64,000 nucleotides of DNA. Source: an uncultured Gammaproteobacteria bacterium. Lineage in GTDB: Bacteria; Pseudomonadota; Gammaproteobacteria; UBA9214. The notes beneath the pieces were generated by a model, which was not told where the DNA came from, made no database searches, and saw only the letters and a list, made by a program, of their open reading frames with translations. The stretch covers positions 7,055 to 71,054 of the forward strand of contig CAVXNM010000026.1 in the NCBI GenBank assembly GCA_963763115.1, written 5' to 3'. Positions 8,407-16,812 of the stretch are shown here, in pieces. A program made the position numbers and the translations under genes. Each line of letters starts with the position of its first letter. Within the stretch, counting starts at the first letter, position 1.

Positions 8407-9478
8407 GAATTCAATTTGTAAGTGCAACTCTACATGACGGTAAGAGGGCAAGCTGCGTTAGCATTGTGGCTTATCTCACCGCCAAGCAAGAGGAGCACAC
8501 ATGAGAGGCTATACGCAGCTTACCCAAGAGGAACGATACCAAATTTACATCCTGAAGAAAGCAGAATACAGCCAGGCAGAGATTGCCGAGCTGCTGGATC
8601 GGGATAAATCGACCATCAGCCGGGAGCTGCGCCGAAATCGGGGCCTGAAGGGCTACCGGCCCCGGCAGGCCCATCATCTGGCGCTGCGGCGGCGTCACGA
8701 CAAGGCTCAGCCCCGGATAGGTGACAAGGTCTGGCAACTTGTCGAGACACTGATCCGAGAGGAGTGGAGTCCGGAGCAGGTTGTCGGCCGGGTCGAGATG
8801 GAACACGGGGTATCTATCAGCCATGAATGGATCTACCAGTACGTTTACGCAGACCAGCGCTCAGGAGGTGAGCTGTACCGTTTCCTGCGCTGTCAGAAGG
8901 TCCGGCGCAAACGCTATGGTGCCTATAGCCGACGCGGCTGCATTCCCAACCAGATCTCGATCGATGAACGCCCGGCCATTGTCGATAGCCGGCAGCGCTT
9001 CGGCGACTGGGAGGGTGATACCGTGATCGGTAAGGGTCATCGGGGCGCCCTGGTCACGTTGGTTGAGCGCAAGTCGCTGTATACGGTCATCCGGGCCGTC
9101 CTCAATAAGACGGCAGAGGCTGTCCGAGACGCTGTTGTGGACGGGCTTACCCCGTACATCGACTGGGTGCATACCATCACCTATGACAATGGCCGGGAAT
9201 TCACCGACCACGAAGGCATGGCCAGCGACCTTGATGCACGCATCTATTTCGCTCATCCTTATGCCTCCTGGGAGCGTGGACTGAACGAGAACACCAACGG
9301 ACTCATCCGACAGTACTTCCCGAAACACCGGGATCTGACGACTGTTACCAAGCATGAGATTGAAAAGGCCATGGATAAACTCAACCACCGTCCCAGAAAA
9401 TCGCTGGGCTTCCGGACACCTTTTGAAGTCTTCTTCAATACCAGGACTTCGCTAACCGTTGCACTTCAAAGTTGAATC
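8407..9478 (+). mobile_element. IS30-family insertion sequence, apparently intact
   Basis: Imperfect terminal inverted repeats GAATTCAATTTGTAAGTGCAAC (8407-8428) and GTTGCACTTCAAAGTTGAATC (9458-9478) flank a single 324-aa transposase ORF. Confidence 0.85.
8501..9475 (+). CDS. IS30-family transposase
   Basis: N-terminal HTH LTQEERYQIYILKK...STISRELRRN. DDE-type core with DWEGDTV and ITYDNGREF. Confidence 0.9.
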   Translation: MRGYTQLTQEERYQIYILKKAEYSQAEIAELLDRDKSTISRELRRNRGLKGYRPRQAHHLALRRRHDKAQPRIGDKVWQLVETLIREEWSPEQVVGRVEMEHGVSISHEWIYQYVYADQRSGGELYRFLRCQKVRRKRYGAYSRRGCIPNQISIDERPAIVDSRQRFGDWEGDTVIGKGHRGALVTLVERKSLYTVIRAVLNKTAEAVRDAVVDGLTPYIDWVHTITYDNGREFTDHEGMASDLDARIYFAHPYASWERGLNENTNGLIRQYFPKHRDLTTVTKHEIEKAMDKLNHRPRKSLGFRTPFEVFFNTRTSLTVALQS

Positions 9479-9566
9479 CGCGGCTTCTATTCGCTTTATA
9501 CGGCCTTATTATCAATTGGTTATAGTTTCTGAGCAGACTCTAATTAGGCAACAATAGTTAATCTAT

Positions 9567-10064
9567 ATGGTGTCACAGTCAAAGCAGAAACAAATCCTGG
9601 GACTTATCGGTTGGCTCGTTATGAGCTTTGTCGCTTCTGCTGTTGGGGCGGTAGCGTCAATCCAGGCCAAATCTTTCTACAGCCAGCTAGCCCAGCCCAC
9701 ATGGGCGCCGCCGTCTTCGCTTTTCGGGCCAGTTTGGACCGTGCTGTACGCCTTGATGGCTATCGCCGCATGGCTAGTCTGGCGATCGGGGGGATTCCAC
9801 GCCAATCGCATCGCGCTCTCGTTCTTTTTAGGGCAACTCGCATTGAACGCCTTATGGAGCTGGCTCTTCTTTGCCTGGCACCTCGGCGCGTTGTCATTTG
9901 CGGACATTGTGTTGCTTTGGGTCCTTATTGTTGCCACTCTCGTCTCTTTCTGGCGCGTGCGTCCTCTCGCTGGCGCTCTCCTCATTCCGTACTTGCTATG
10001 GGTCGGTTTCGCATCCGTACTCAACTACTCTGTATGGCAGCTCAATCCCCAGGTTCTAGGTTAG
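9567..10064 (+). CDS. tspO: TspO/MBR family tryptophan-rich sensory protein
   Basis: 165 aa, five TM segments. Motifs WAPPSSLFGPVWTVLYALMAIAAWLVW and NALWSWLFF. Confidence 0.85.
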   Translation: MVSQSKQKQILGLIGWLVMSFVASAVGAVASIQAKSFYSQLAQPTWAPPSSLFGPVWTVLYALMAIAAWLVWRSGGFHANRIALSFFLGQLALNALWSWLFFAWHLGALSFADIVLLWVLIVATLVSFWRVRPLAGALLIPYLLWVGFASVLNYSVWQLNPQVLG

Positions 10065-10120
10065 TGGCGTGCTGCCTAACAAACACATGCAGTCGGACGC
10101 GGCGATATGCCTATTAAGAA

Positions 10121-10713
10121 ATGAGCGATATAGCCAAAAAGAATCGATTCGATAGTCAAGGAAGGGCTGGCCCCTTTGCTGAAAAAGAAAGGCTTTAAAA
10201 AGAAAGCCAGAAATTTCTATCGAGGATATGACAATCGCATTGAACTTATAAATGTACAGGCGAGCAAATGGAACGAAGGAAATGAAGGCCAATTTACTGC
10301 GAACGTAGGAATTTACTATCCAGAAATTGCTGAAATAACAGATGCACTTCCTGTCAAGGGAATGCCAAAAGAATATGATTGTACTACTTAGAGAGCGAAT
10401 TGGTTTTCTTGCACCAAAAAAAGATGAGTGGTGGAAAATAGACAGTTCAACTAATGATTTTGAGGTTTCGGTGCATGTTGTAAAACAAGTCGAGGAGATG
10501 TGCCTTCCCTGGTTGGAGCACATGTCTAGCATGAATAATGTAAAAAGCTCTGTTGCTAAAAATAACAGAGCCTTTGTCGTTGCTGGCATGGCTTTATTTC
10601 AAAGCAATCGCGAAGAAGCGTCTATTTGCTTAGAGCAGGCACTTAAACAGCAACCTCTAGCTAAGGCTGGCATTATTGCCTGGGGTAAGAAACATGGTCT
10701 GGTTCAGGCATAA
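10121..10713 (+). pseudogene. DUF4304-like protein, multiply frameshifted (AT-richer insert)
   Basis: The segments ...LAPLLKKKGFKKKARNFYR..., ...GIYYPEIAEI... and ...WWKIDSS...LPWLEHMSS... lie in different frames. Confidence 0.4.
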
Positions 10714-10869
10714 CAACTCGCTCGTTGGGACGCTTCTCTTCCAGGCATGACTGGAAGTAGCTGCAATGCTACATTGCAGCGGTTTAACTGGAAAATACAC
10801 TCTCACCACATTCTGGTTAGCCGCCCCCGTGGTCGACTCCATGTAACCAATTCCGTAGTGGATTTTGCG

Positions 10870-11319
10870 ATGACGATACCAGAGCAACTGCAACAGAAGG
10901 TTCGGACCCTGCTGGATTCCCAGATTCAAGGGGTTCTGGCGACCCAGCATGACCAGCAACCCTACACCAGCCTGATGGCTTTTGCCGTCACACCCGACTT
11001 GCACTGGATTGTGTTCGCGACCTACCGGGCAACCCGGAAACACGCAAATTTGTTGGCGAATCCCCGTGTCTCCTTGCTGATCGACAATCGCACCAACGAG
11101 TCGATCGATTATCACGATGCCGTGGCCATCTCCGCACAGGGCACAGTCAGTGAGGTCGATGGGGTGCGGCGCGTCGAACTCTTGCAGCTCTATCTTCGCA
11201 AACATCCTGAACTGAGGGATTTCGTTACCGCCGCTGACTGTGTTCTGCTGAAACTCAAAGTCGAGTCCTACTACGTAGTCAGCCAATTCCAGAACGTCGT
11301 CGAGTTGCGGATGACATGA
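10870..11319 (+). CDS. pyridoxamine 5'-phosphate oxidase-like FMN-binding split-barrel protein
   Basis: LDSQIQGVLATQHDQQPYTSLMAFAV...NLLANPRVSLLID pattern. Start set at ATG 10870 rather than the upstream ORF start. Confidence 0.55.
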   Translation: MTIPEQLQQKVRTLLDSQIQGVLATQHDQQPYTSLMAFAVTPDLHWIVFATYRATRKHANLLANPRVSLLIDNRTNESIDYHDAVAISAQGTVSEVDGVRRVELLQLYLRKHPELRDFVTAADCVLLKLKVESYYVVSQFQNVVELRMT

Positions 11320-11499
11320 AGCCCGTCAGATTTTCGATCCGAATAGGCCGACGGGACGTTCGGCTACTGTGATGGCTGCTGAACTTGCACACGGTCTACC
11401 ACCACCGTCCGATCAGCCCCCGGTGACCAGTCGCTGTCGCACATGGATATCAGCGCGGCGCTTTCGTATGCACGGCGGCAGGCTGATGACTCATGGCGA

Positions 11500-11661
11500 T
11501 CATTTGCCTTTTCCCTTCAGGTACAGGACGCGAGCTACAATGAAGCACCCGAGTACCAGCAGGCCATACGGGTAGGGAATGTAGCCCAGAGAAAACCCCG
11601 TGACGCTTGCGGCGAGCAGAAGGGACAGCGTAATCAGGAGAGGGTCTGTTGTCTTGTTCAT
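11500..11661 (-). CDS. hypothetical small membrane protein (53 aa)
   Basis: MNKTTDPLLITLSLLLAASVTGFSLGYIPYPYGLLVLGCFIVARVLYLKGKGK: two hydrophobic segments. No other support. Confidence 0.3.
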   Translation of the reverse strand: MNKTTDPLLITLSLLLAASVTGFSLGYIPYPYGLLVLGCFIVARVLYLKGKGK

Positions 11662-12346
11662 GACGCGATCGTCAGGCACGGTCTGTGCCGTGAGATCTCC
11701 CGCCTCCCTTGAGGTGATTGCCGGTGCACCTCCCCGGCAGTGCGATGCCAAGGGATTTGACTTTTACGCGGCCATGTGGGGTCACAGAGGCAGCCAGTCA
11801 CCTCAGCGAACAGTCGCAGAGTTGAGGGTTTGACCGTCACCGCCAGAAAAAAACTCTGGGCATACGTGGAACCAAAAGCCGGCAGACTGCATCATGCGCC
11901 GCCGGTATTATCCCAGACGTCGGAGAGCACCGCGCGCAACCGCATACTATCCCCCAACGCCTCCAGTTTGCGCCGTGCCACTGCATTGCGCCTGCTTTGC
12001 GTCGCTCGCGAGGAACGGGGGTACCAAGATTGTACTGCCTTAAATGTGTCGACCTGACTCTCCAGGATGAGTTCACCTCCTGAGAATCCTGCCTTGCCGA
12101 TCAGCCGGCGCGTAATGGGTGTATCGTGATGAAGACGCCACACAGTGATTGGATTTAACCGTGTTTACAGGCCTCATCCCCAGGCAACAGGAAGTGGAGC
12201 CTAAACGCACAAACTCAACGAGTAGTCAACCCGGTCGAACCAGATGTGGTCGATCCTTATTGCACTGTTCGTGGTTGTTACCCGGGCGGACGGAAACCCC
12301 GTAATCCCGTCCGCCCGCATTGTCCACAAAGTGTCTAATTATTCGG

Positions 12347-12469
12347 TTAGAGTGCGATCACCGCTGCCGCACTCATCAGCAACAGCAAGGGGGTTGTCAA
12401 AAACCCTAATACTATCTTTGTGATAAGGAGATCTTCCCGGTTCATCGAATGCGTTGCAACGTGTCTCAT
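12347..12469 (-). CDS. candidate 40-aa hydrophobic micro-ORF divergent from the MerR gene
   Basis: MRHVATHSMNREDLLITKIVLGFLTTPLLLLMSAAAVIAL with a GAGGA-like Shine-Dalgarno. Below the ORF-track length cutoff. Confidence 0.25.
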   Translation of the reverse strand: MRHVATHSMNREDLLITKIVLGFLTTPLLLLMSAAAVIAL

Positions 12470-12534
12470 GGCGAAGTCCTCAGTGTTGGTGGAGCACCAG
12501 GATATCTGGTGTTGTCTAGGACAATAGTGGTCAA

Positions 12535-12566
12535 TTGAGAAGTTGTCAAGGTTTTGTATAATACAA
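12535..12566 (+). promoter_or_regulatory. putative sigma70 promoter with an overlapping 13-bp palindrome upstream of the MerR gene
   Basis: TTGAGA, 16 nt, TATAAT. The perfect palindrome TTGTATAATACAA (12554-12566) spans the -10 element. Confidence 0.35.
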
Positions 12567-12636
12567 TTGTTAATTTCATCGTCTCCGCTATGAAATTATT
12601 CCCGACTGCCCTCGGCCATACTGACTGGAAACCGCC

Positions 12637-13611
12637 ATGAATGAACCAATCGAGAATAGTTCAATCCGTTACCGCATAGGTGCCGTGGCAAGACTCACCG
12701 GGATTTCTCCGGATGCGCTGCGTATCTGGGAGCGACGCTATGCGGCCGTTTCGCCGCAGCGGTCACCCCAGGGCGGGCGGCTCTACAGCGCCGGAGACAT
12801 GGAACGACTGCGCCTGATGAAGCAGTTGGTGGATGCCGGTGACGCCATCGGCGAGGTCGCGGGCCTCGACACCGAGACGTTAGAGGACCGGCTGAAAGCG
12901 GCGCGCCGCCTACCGCTCCGGAATGCACCCACGCAGAGGTCCCCCTGTCGGGTGGCTGTCGTGGGCGAAGCACTGGCCGACACGCTGCGAGTGGCTGGCG
13001 ATACCCCGGCCGGCATCACACTGGTGGCCAGTTACCGGGATGTCACCGACTACGAGGCCCGCGGCAGCGACGCCGAAGCCGACGTGCTGGTGATCGAACA
13101 GGCGACGCTGCACGGGGATATCGCCGCCCGCATGGTCGACTGGCTGATCCGTGCAAAGGCAGCGCATGCAGTGGTGGTGTACCGCTACGCCTCCCGGGAG
13201 ACACTCGCGCAACTGCCCGCTTCGACGTGTTCGGCCCTGTGCGCTCCAGTGGATCCGTGCACACTGCAGACGCATTGCCTGGCGATGTGGCACGCAGGTC
13301 AGCCAGCCCCCGAAGCGGCAAGCCCAGGGAGCGCAGGGTTCACCCTGCCCGCGCCATCGCGGCGCTACGACGATGAGGCGCTGGCGACACTGTCCTCGCT
13401 GTCATCTACCGTCAAGTGCGCATGTCCGCGCCACCTTGCTGAACTGATTACCAGCCTTTCCGCGTTCGAGCGCTACAGTATGGAGTGTGAAAGCCGCAGT
13501 CCCCGAGACGCTGCGCTGCATGCCTATTTGCATACCACCACGTCGCATGCGCGGCACATGATCGAAGAGGCGCTAGGTCATGTGATCGAGATGGAGAACA
13601 TTAAAATCTGA
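12637..13611 (+). CDS. MerR-family transcriptional regulator with a long C-terminal extension
   Basis: N-terminal MerR HTH YRIGAVARLTGISPDALRIWERRY. Central Rossmann/receiver-like segment. C-terminal Cys/His-containing segment KCACPRHLAELITSLSAFERYSMEC. Confidence 0.75.
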   Translation: MNEPIENSSIRYRIGAVARLTGISPDALRIWERRYAAVSPQRSPQGGRLYSAGDMERLRLMKQLVDAGDAIGEVAGLDTETLEDRLKAARRLPLRNAPTQRSPCRVAVVGEALADTLRVAGDTPAGITLVASYRDVTDYEARGSDAEADVLVIEQATLHGDIAARMVDWLIRAKAAHAVVVYRYASRETLAQLPASTCSALCAPVDPCTLQTHCLAMWHAGQPAPEAASPGSAGFTLPAPSRRYDDEALATLSSLSSTVKCACPRHLAELITSLSAFERYSMECESRSPRDAALHAYLHTTTSHARHMIEEALGHVIEMENIKI

Positions 13612-13724
13612 CGCCTGAATAGCCAGGAGAGAACGAAATGAGGTCTCGACCGGCCCGCCGGGCCAGGAGGTGAAGTCCGCAGGCTTCCGCAGAAACCCCC
13701 GCAGCTACGCGGGACTCTGCAATG

Positions 13725-13755
13725 AAAAAGGCCAACCGAGAGTGGTTGGCCTTTA
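13725..13755. terminator. bidirectional intrinsic terminator
   Basis: AAAAA-GGCCAACC-gagagt-GGTTGGCC-TTTAT: an 8-bp GC-rich stem flanked by an A-run and a T-run. Confidence 0.6.
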
Positions 13756-14201
13756 TGAATTGGTGGTGGGGCGGCAGCGGACACCAAACAGACCTATATC
13801 AACGCGTTAGGAGCAGTGCAAACTGCTGCGGAAAGTTGTGGAATCGAGTCGTAGCCGTTCGAATTCGTTGCAGATTTACCCTCCGACAGTGTCTGTGAAC
13901 AATTTACGGATCTAGCTCGGGTCTGATTTCGGAGGGTGGAATCGAACCGGCGTCCGCTTAAGCGTGCTGGCGGCCGAAGCGTGCCGGCATCCATGGCACT
14001 GTCTGGATGCCCAAAAGTCGTATTTGACCATCGGTTTGGATTTGGTAGGGGAAAGGCATCTGCCTGACGCTTAGTGGATCTGTTGTTACCAAGCTCTATA
14101 GGCAGCGCATCTGTCCGCCAGGCATACTTGACTTTATTCTTCTTGTTAACGCGTTCAAGTACGAGGTCGCCCGTCTGCACTACCTTAACAAGTTCGCCGG
14201 G

Positions 14202-14486
14202 TTGGGTGAGTTGAAAGAGGTTGTGTTCCGCGCGGGGTCCGTAGGGGAGATTGCGCAGGAACATGAACAGCGCATTGATGCGCAACTCCGGGATATCTAT
14301 ACGGATCTGGTCGATGAAGTGGGGCGCTCGGCCTCATTGATCAGACAGATTGCCGACAGCCTGGTGGAGGAGCAGATACTCGATGCGCACGATATCGAAA
14401 GGCTCGTGCAGTGTCTGACTTTCTGTCGCAGCATGAACTGGATGAACCGATCGTTATTAATCTACAAGCTATGCCGCATGCCGTGA
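14202..14486 (+). CDS. hypothetical acidic helical protein (TTG start); overlaps the next ORF by 76 nt and may be one frameshifted gene with it
   Basis: ...IAQEHEQRIDAQLRDIYTDLVDEVGRSASLIRQIADSLVEEQILDAHDIERLVQ: protein-like composition. No ATG start. Confidence 0.3.
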   Translation: MGELKEVVFRAGSVGEIAQEHEQRIDAQLRDIYTDLVDEVGRSASLIRQIADSLVEEQILDAHDIERLVQCLTFCRSMNWMNRSLLIYKLCRMP

Positions 14487-14635
14487 TGAATCCTCACGAA
14501 CTCTTTCATACAATGCACAGGGTAAATCGCCAGGTACTGCATGTCGACGAGCTTGCAAATGATGACCTGAAGGCCATAAGCAACAACAAATCGCCTGCCG
14601 ACCATGCGCAATACAATGACGAACTCGATGATTGA
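14411..14635 (+). CDS. hypothetical acidic small protein (GTG start); stop overlaps the start of the ART gene
   Basis: 74 aa. C-terminus ...HAQYNDELDD. The stop TGA overlaps the TTG start of the downstream ORF (TTGA). Confidence 0.35.
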   Translation: MSDFLSQHELDEPIVINLQAMPHAVMNPHELFHTMHRVNRQVLHVDELANDDLKAISNNKSPADHAQYNDELDD

Positions 14636-15312
14636 ACGCGCAGCCATTCCACGACATCATGCGTCGCAAACCGAAACATAAGCAACCTGCGCCAGGAGTA
14701 CCTGCATTGCGGCCGGCCAGGTTGGCGGCCTGTTACTACCACGGCACTGATGAGCAATATGCCTGGTCGATCATGACGCACGGCTTCACCCTGGCGAACG
14801 AGCGCTGGGGGCGAGGCTGGGGTAATGGCGTCTACCTGAGTGGTACCGATGACTTCGCTTCGACCTGGGGGCGGATCATTATCCGCTGTCAACTCCAGGC
14901 AGGCACCCGCTTGCTATGGCACGAGGACTATGATTACAAGGTCATCGATTCCCTGCGCAGGGAGTTCGGCAAAGACATCGTATCGCCGACGTTCTGGATG
15001 GTCATGCCGCATAACAAGCAGTTCACCCGCATTGAGGTAACCCAGCTCTGGCACTATCTCGTCGCCCGTTTCTACGAAAGCCCGCGCCGCTTTCGGGCCG
15101 GCAGATTCGAATGCCTGCAGAAAAACTATTCACGCATCTACGAGCAGTTAAGGCGGCATGGCTACGACGCTGTCGGATTCCGTGACACTGACTGGCCCGA
15201 ATTGCTGGTATTCAATCCCGCGCGAGTACAACCGCTATCCGCCCATCGCTGGAGCCAGATAACCCACCGCCTGGGCGCGCCGATTCCCGTATGGCGTTTG
15301 AAGTCGATGTAA
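14632..15312 (+). CDS. PARP-like (H-Y-E type) ADP-ribosyltransferase-fold protein
   Basis: YYHGTDEQYAWSIMTHGF (His strand), GNGVYLSGTDDFASTWG (Tyr strand), IIIRCQLQAG, and DAVGFRDTDWPELLVFNPARVQP (Glu strand). Start is TTG 14632 or ATG 14659. Confidence 0.6.
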   Translation: MNAQPFHDIMRRKPKHKQPAPGVPALRPARLAACYYHGTDEQYAWSIMTHGFTLANERWGRGWGNGVYLSGTDDFASTWGRIIIRCQLQAGTRLLWHEDYDYKVIDSLRREFGKDIVSPTFWMVMPHNKQFTRIEVTQLWHYLVARFYESPRRFRAGRFECLQKNYSRIYEQLRRHGYDAVGFRDTDWPELLVFNPARVQPLSAHRWSQITHRLGAPIPVWRLKSM

Positions 15313-15325
15313 AAGGGTGTTGTGT

Positions 15326-15386
15326 AAAAGGGTTCGGAGCACATTTACTGCTAATATCAGGGATAAATGTGCTCCGACACCCTTTT
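15326..15386. terminator. long bidirectional terminator hairpin between the convergent ART and P450 genes
   Basis: AAAAGGGT-TCGGAGCACATTTA-(16-nt loop)-TAAATGTGCTCCGA-c-ACCCTTTT: about 22 bp of pairing with an A-run and T-run on the flanks. Confidence 0.7.
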
Positions 15387-16627
15387 CACACGTGCAGGCG
15401 TACCGGCAGGCTCCGCAGTCCGCGCATCACCAGCCCGGGTGTCCATCGCAGCCGTTCGACCGGCTGGTCGAGGCGCAGCTCTGGAAACCGCCTTGACAGC
15501 TCGACGAGGGCAATCTCGCCCTCGGCCCGCGCCAGCGCGGCTCCCACGCAAAAGTGTATCCCGTAGCCAAATGCCAGGTGATTTGCTGATCTGCCGCGCG
15601 TGATGTCGAATATGTGCGCGTCTTCGAAGTAACGCGGATCGCGGTTGGCAGCCGCCAGCCCGACGAAGACCATGTCGCCCTCGTGGATACAATTGTCATC
15701 GAACGTGATATCCGCCGTTGCGTAGCGTGCCGTGGACACCTCGAGCGGACTCTCGAATCGCAGTATTTCCTCGACCGCCGCCGCCGCACGTCCTGCATCG
15801 GCACAGAGTGCCTGCCATTGCGCAGGGTTTCTGAGCAATGCCAGCAGCCCGTTGCCAATGAGATTTGCAGTCGTTTCATGTCCGGCCATGATCAGCAGGA
15901 ACGCCATGGAAACCAGCTCTTCTTCAGAGAGTTCCTTGCGACCGTGCGCGGCCACTAATGCACTGAACAGCGAATCGTCGGGGCTTGAGCGTTTCATGTC
16001 GGCGACCCCCAGCAGGTATTCGTGCAGTTCCCCGGCGATCAGCGGTACACGCTCCGCGGCGCCGAGGTCGGCAGATGCCAGTCGTGCCGACCAGTGCTGT
16101 ACACGTGGTACGTCCGCCGCGGTAATGCCCATCAGCTCGCAAATTACCATGAGGGGAAGCGGGAGGGCGAAGGTCTGCACGAGGTCCGTTGTGCCGCTGG
16201 AGGCGAAAGCATCGATCAGTTGCACGGTAGTCTCCCGGATTCGAGGGCGCATGCGGTTGATGCGGGTCGAGGTGAGTTCCCTTGCAATGATTGCGCGCAG
16301 ACGGGTGTGTTCCGGAGGGTCTATCGTGAGCAGGTGGTGAAACAGCGGGTGCACGGTTCCCTGTTGACTGCAGGCATCCGGATCCTGCCTGCTGGCATGG
16401 CTCTTCGCGCGGTCCTTGGACAGGCGCGGGTCATTCAGCAATGCACGTGCCGGGGAGCAATCTGTTACCAGCCAGGTTTGCACACCGGTCGGCAAGCGCA
16501 CCGGAATGATCGAGCGGCCCTGTTTGCGCAAACTGTCGTAGAGCGGGTAAGGGTTTGCCTTGAACGCCTGGTCCATGATCGGAAGATCGATGTGTTCCGG
16601 ACAATTTGTCAGGTCAGAGGGTTCCAT
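15386..16627 (-). CDS. cytochrome P450
   Basis: 413 aa. Heme-binding loop FGYGIHFCVGAALARAE, EILRFESP (ExxR) and the I-helix LLIMAGHETTANLI. Confidence 0.9.
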   Translation of the reverse strand: MEPSDLTNCPEHIDLPIMDQAFKANPYPLYDSLRKQGRSIIPVRLPTGVQTWLVTDCSPARALLNDPRLSKDRAKSHASRQDPDACSQQGTVHPLFHHLLTIDPPEHTRLRAIIARELTSTRINRMRPRIRETTVQLIDAFASSGTTDLVQTFALPLPLMVICELMGITAADVPRVQHWSARLASADLGAAERVPLIAGELHEYLLGVADMKRSSPDDSLFSALVAAHGRKELSEEELVSMAFLLIMAGHETTANLIGNGLLALLRNPAQWQALCADAGRAAAAVEEILRFESPLEVSTARYATADITFDDNCIHEGDMVFVGLAAANRDPRYFEDAHIFDITRGRSANHLAFGYGIHFCVGAALARAEGEIALVELSRRFPELRLDQPVERLRWTPGLVMRGLRSLPVRLHV

Positions 16628-16812
16628 GTAGAGTCAATCAGCAATATCAGTCAATCGGTTGTCAAGTAAACCCGGACAGGGCAGGACGGGATGATGAAAA
16701 CAGCATACAGCCAGTGTTGCGGGCATGCCAGCGATTGCCGGCTGCCCTTGACCCTCCGCTTTCACCTGTCGCGCGGCGCGGTCGATACCTTCCAGATTGC
16801 GGGTATCACTGC

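Noticed and set aside
10056-10589. A 177-aa minus-strand ORF in the AT-rich insert, and likewise the 232-aa + strand ORF 40906..41604.
   Set aside because: They are antisense to the DUF4304-like pseudogene and to the secreted-protein gene respectively. Their composition is the low-complexity Phe/Ser/Leu/Ile type typical of AT-rich shadow ORFs.
13794-14285. A 163-aa minus-strand ORF with a stretch (GDLVLERVNKKNKVKYAWR...IELG) faintly like the DUF4102 N-terminus of P4-type integrases, next to a minus-strand tRNA-like fragment (GGTTCGATTCCACCCTCCGAAA, about 13915-13960).
   Set aside because: The similarity is short and weak. The tRNA-like piece has no pairing T-stem or acceptor partner, and its order relative to the putative integrase fragment does not fit a simple attL-int layout. 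It may be a further island scar, but I cannot support a feature call.
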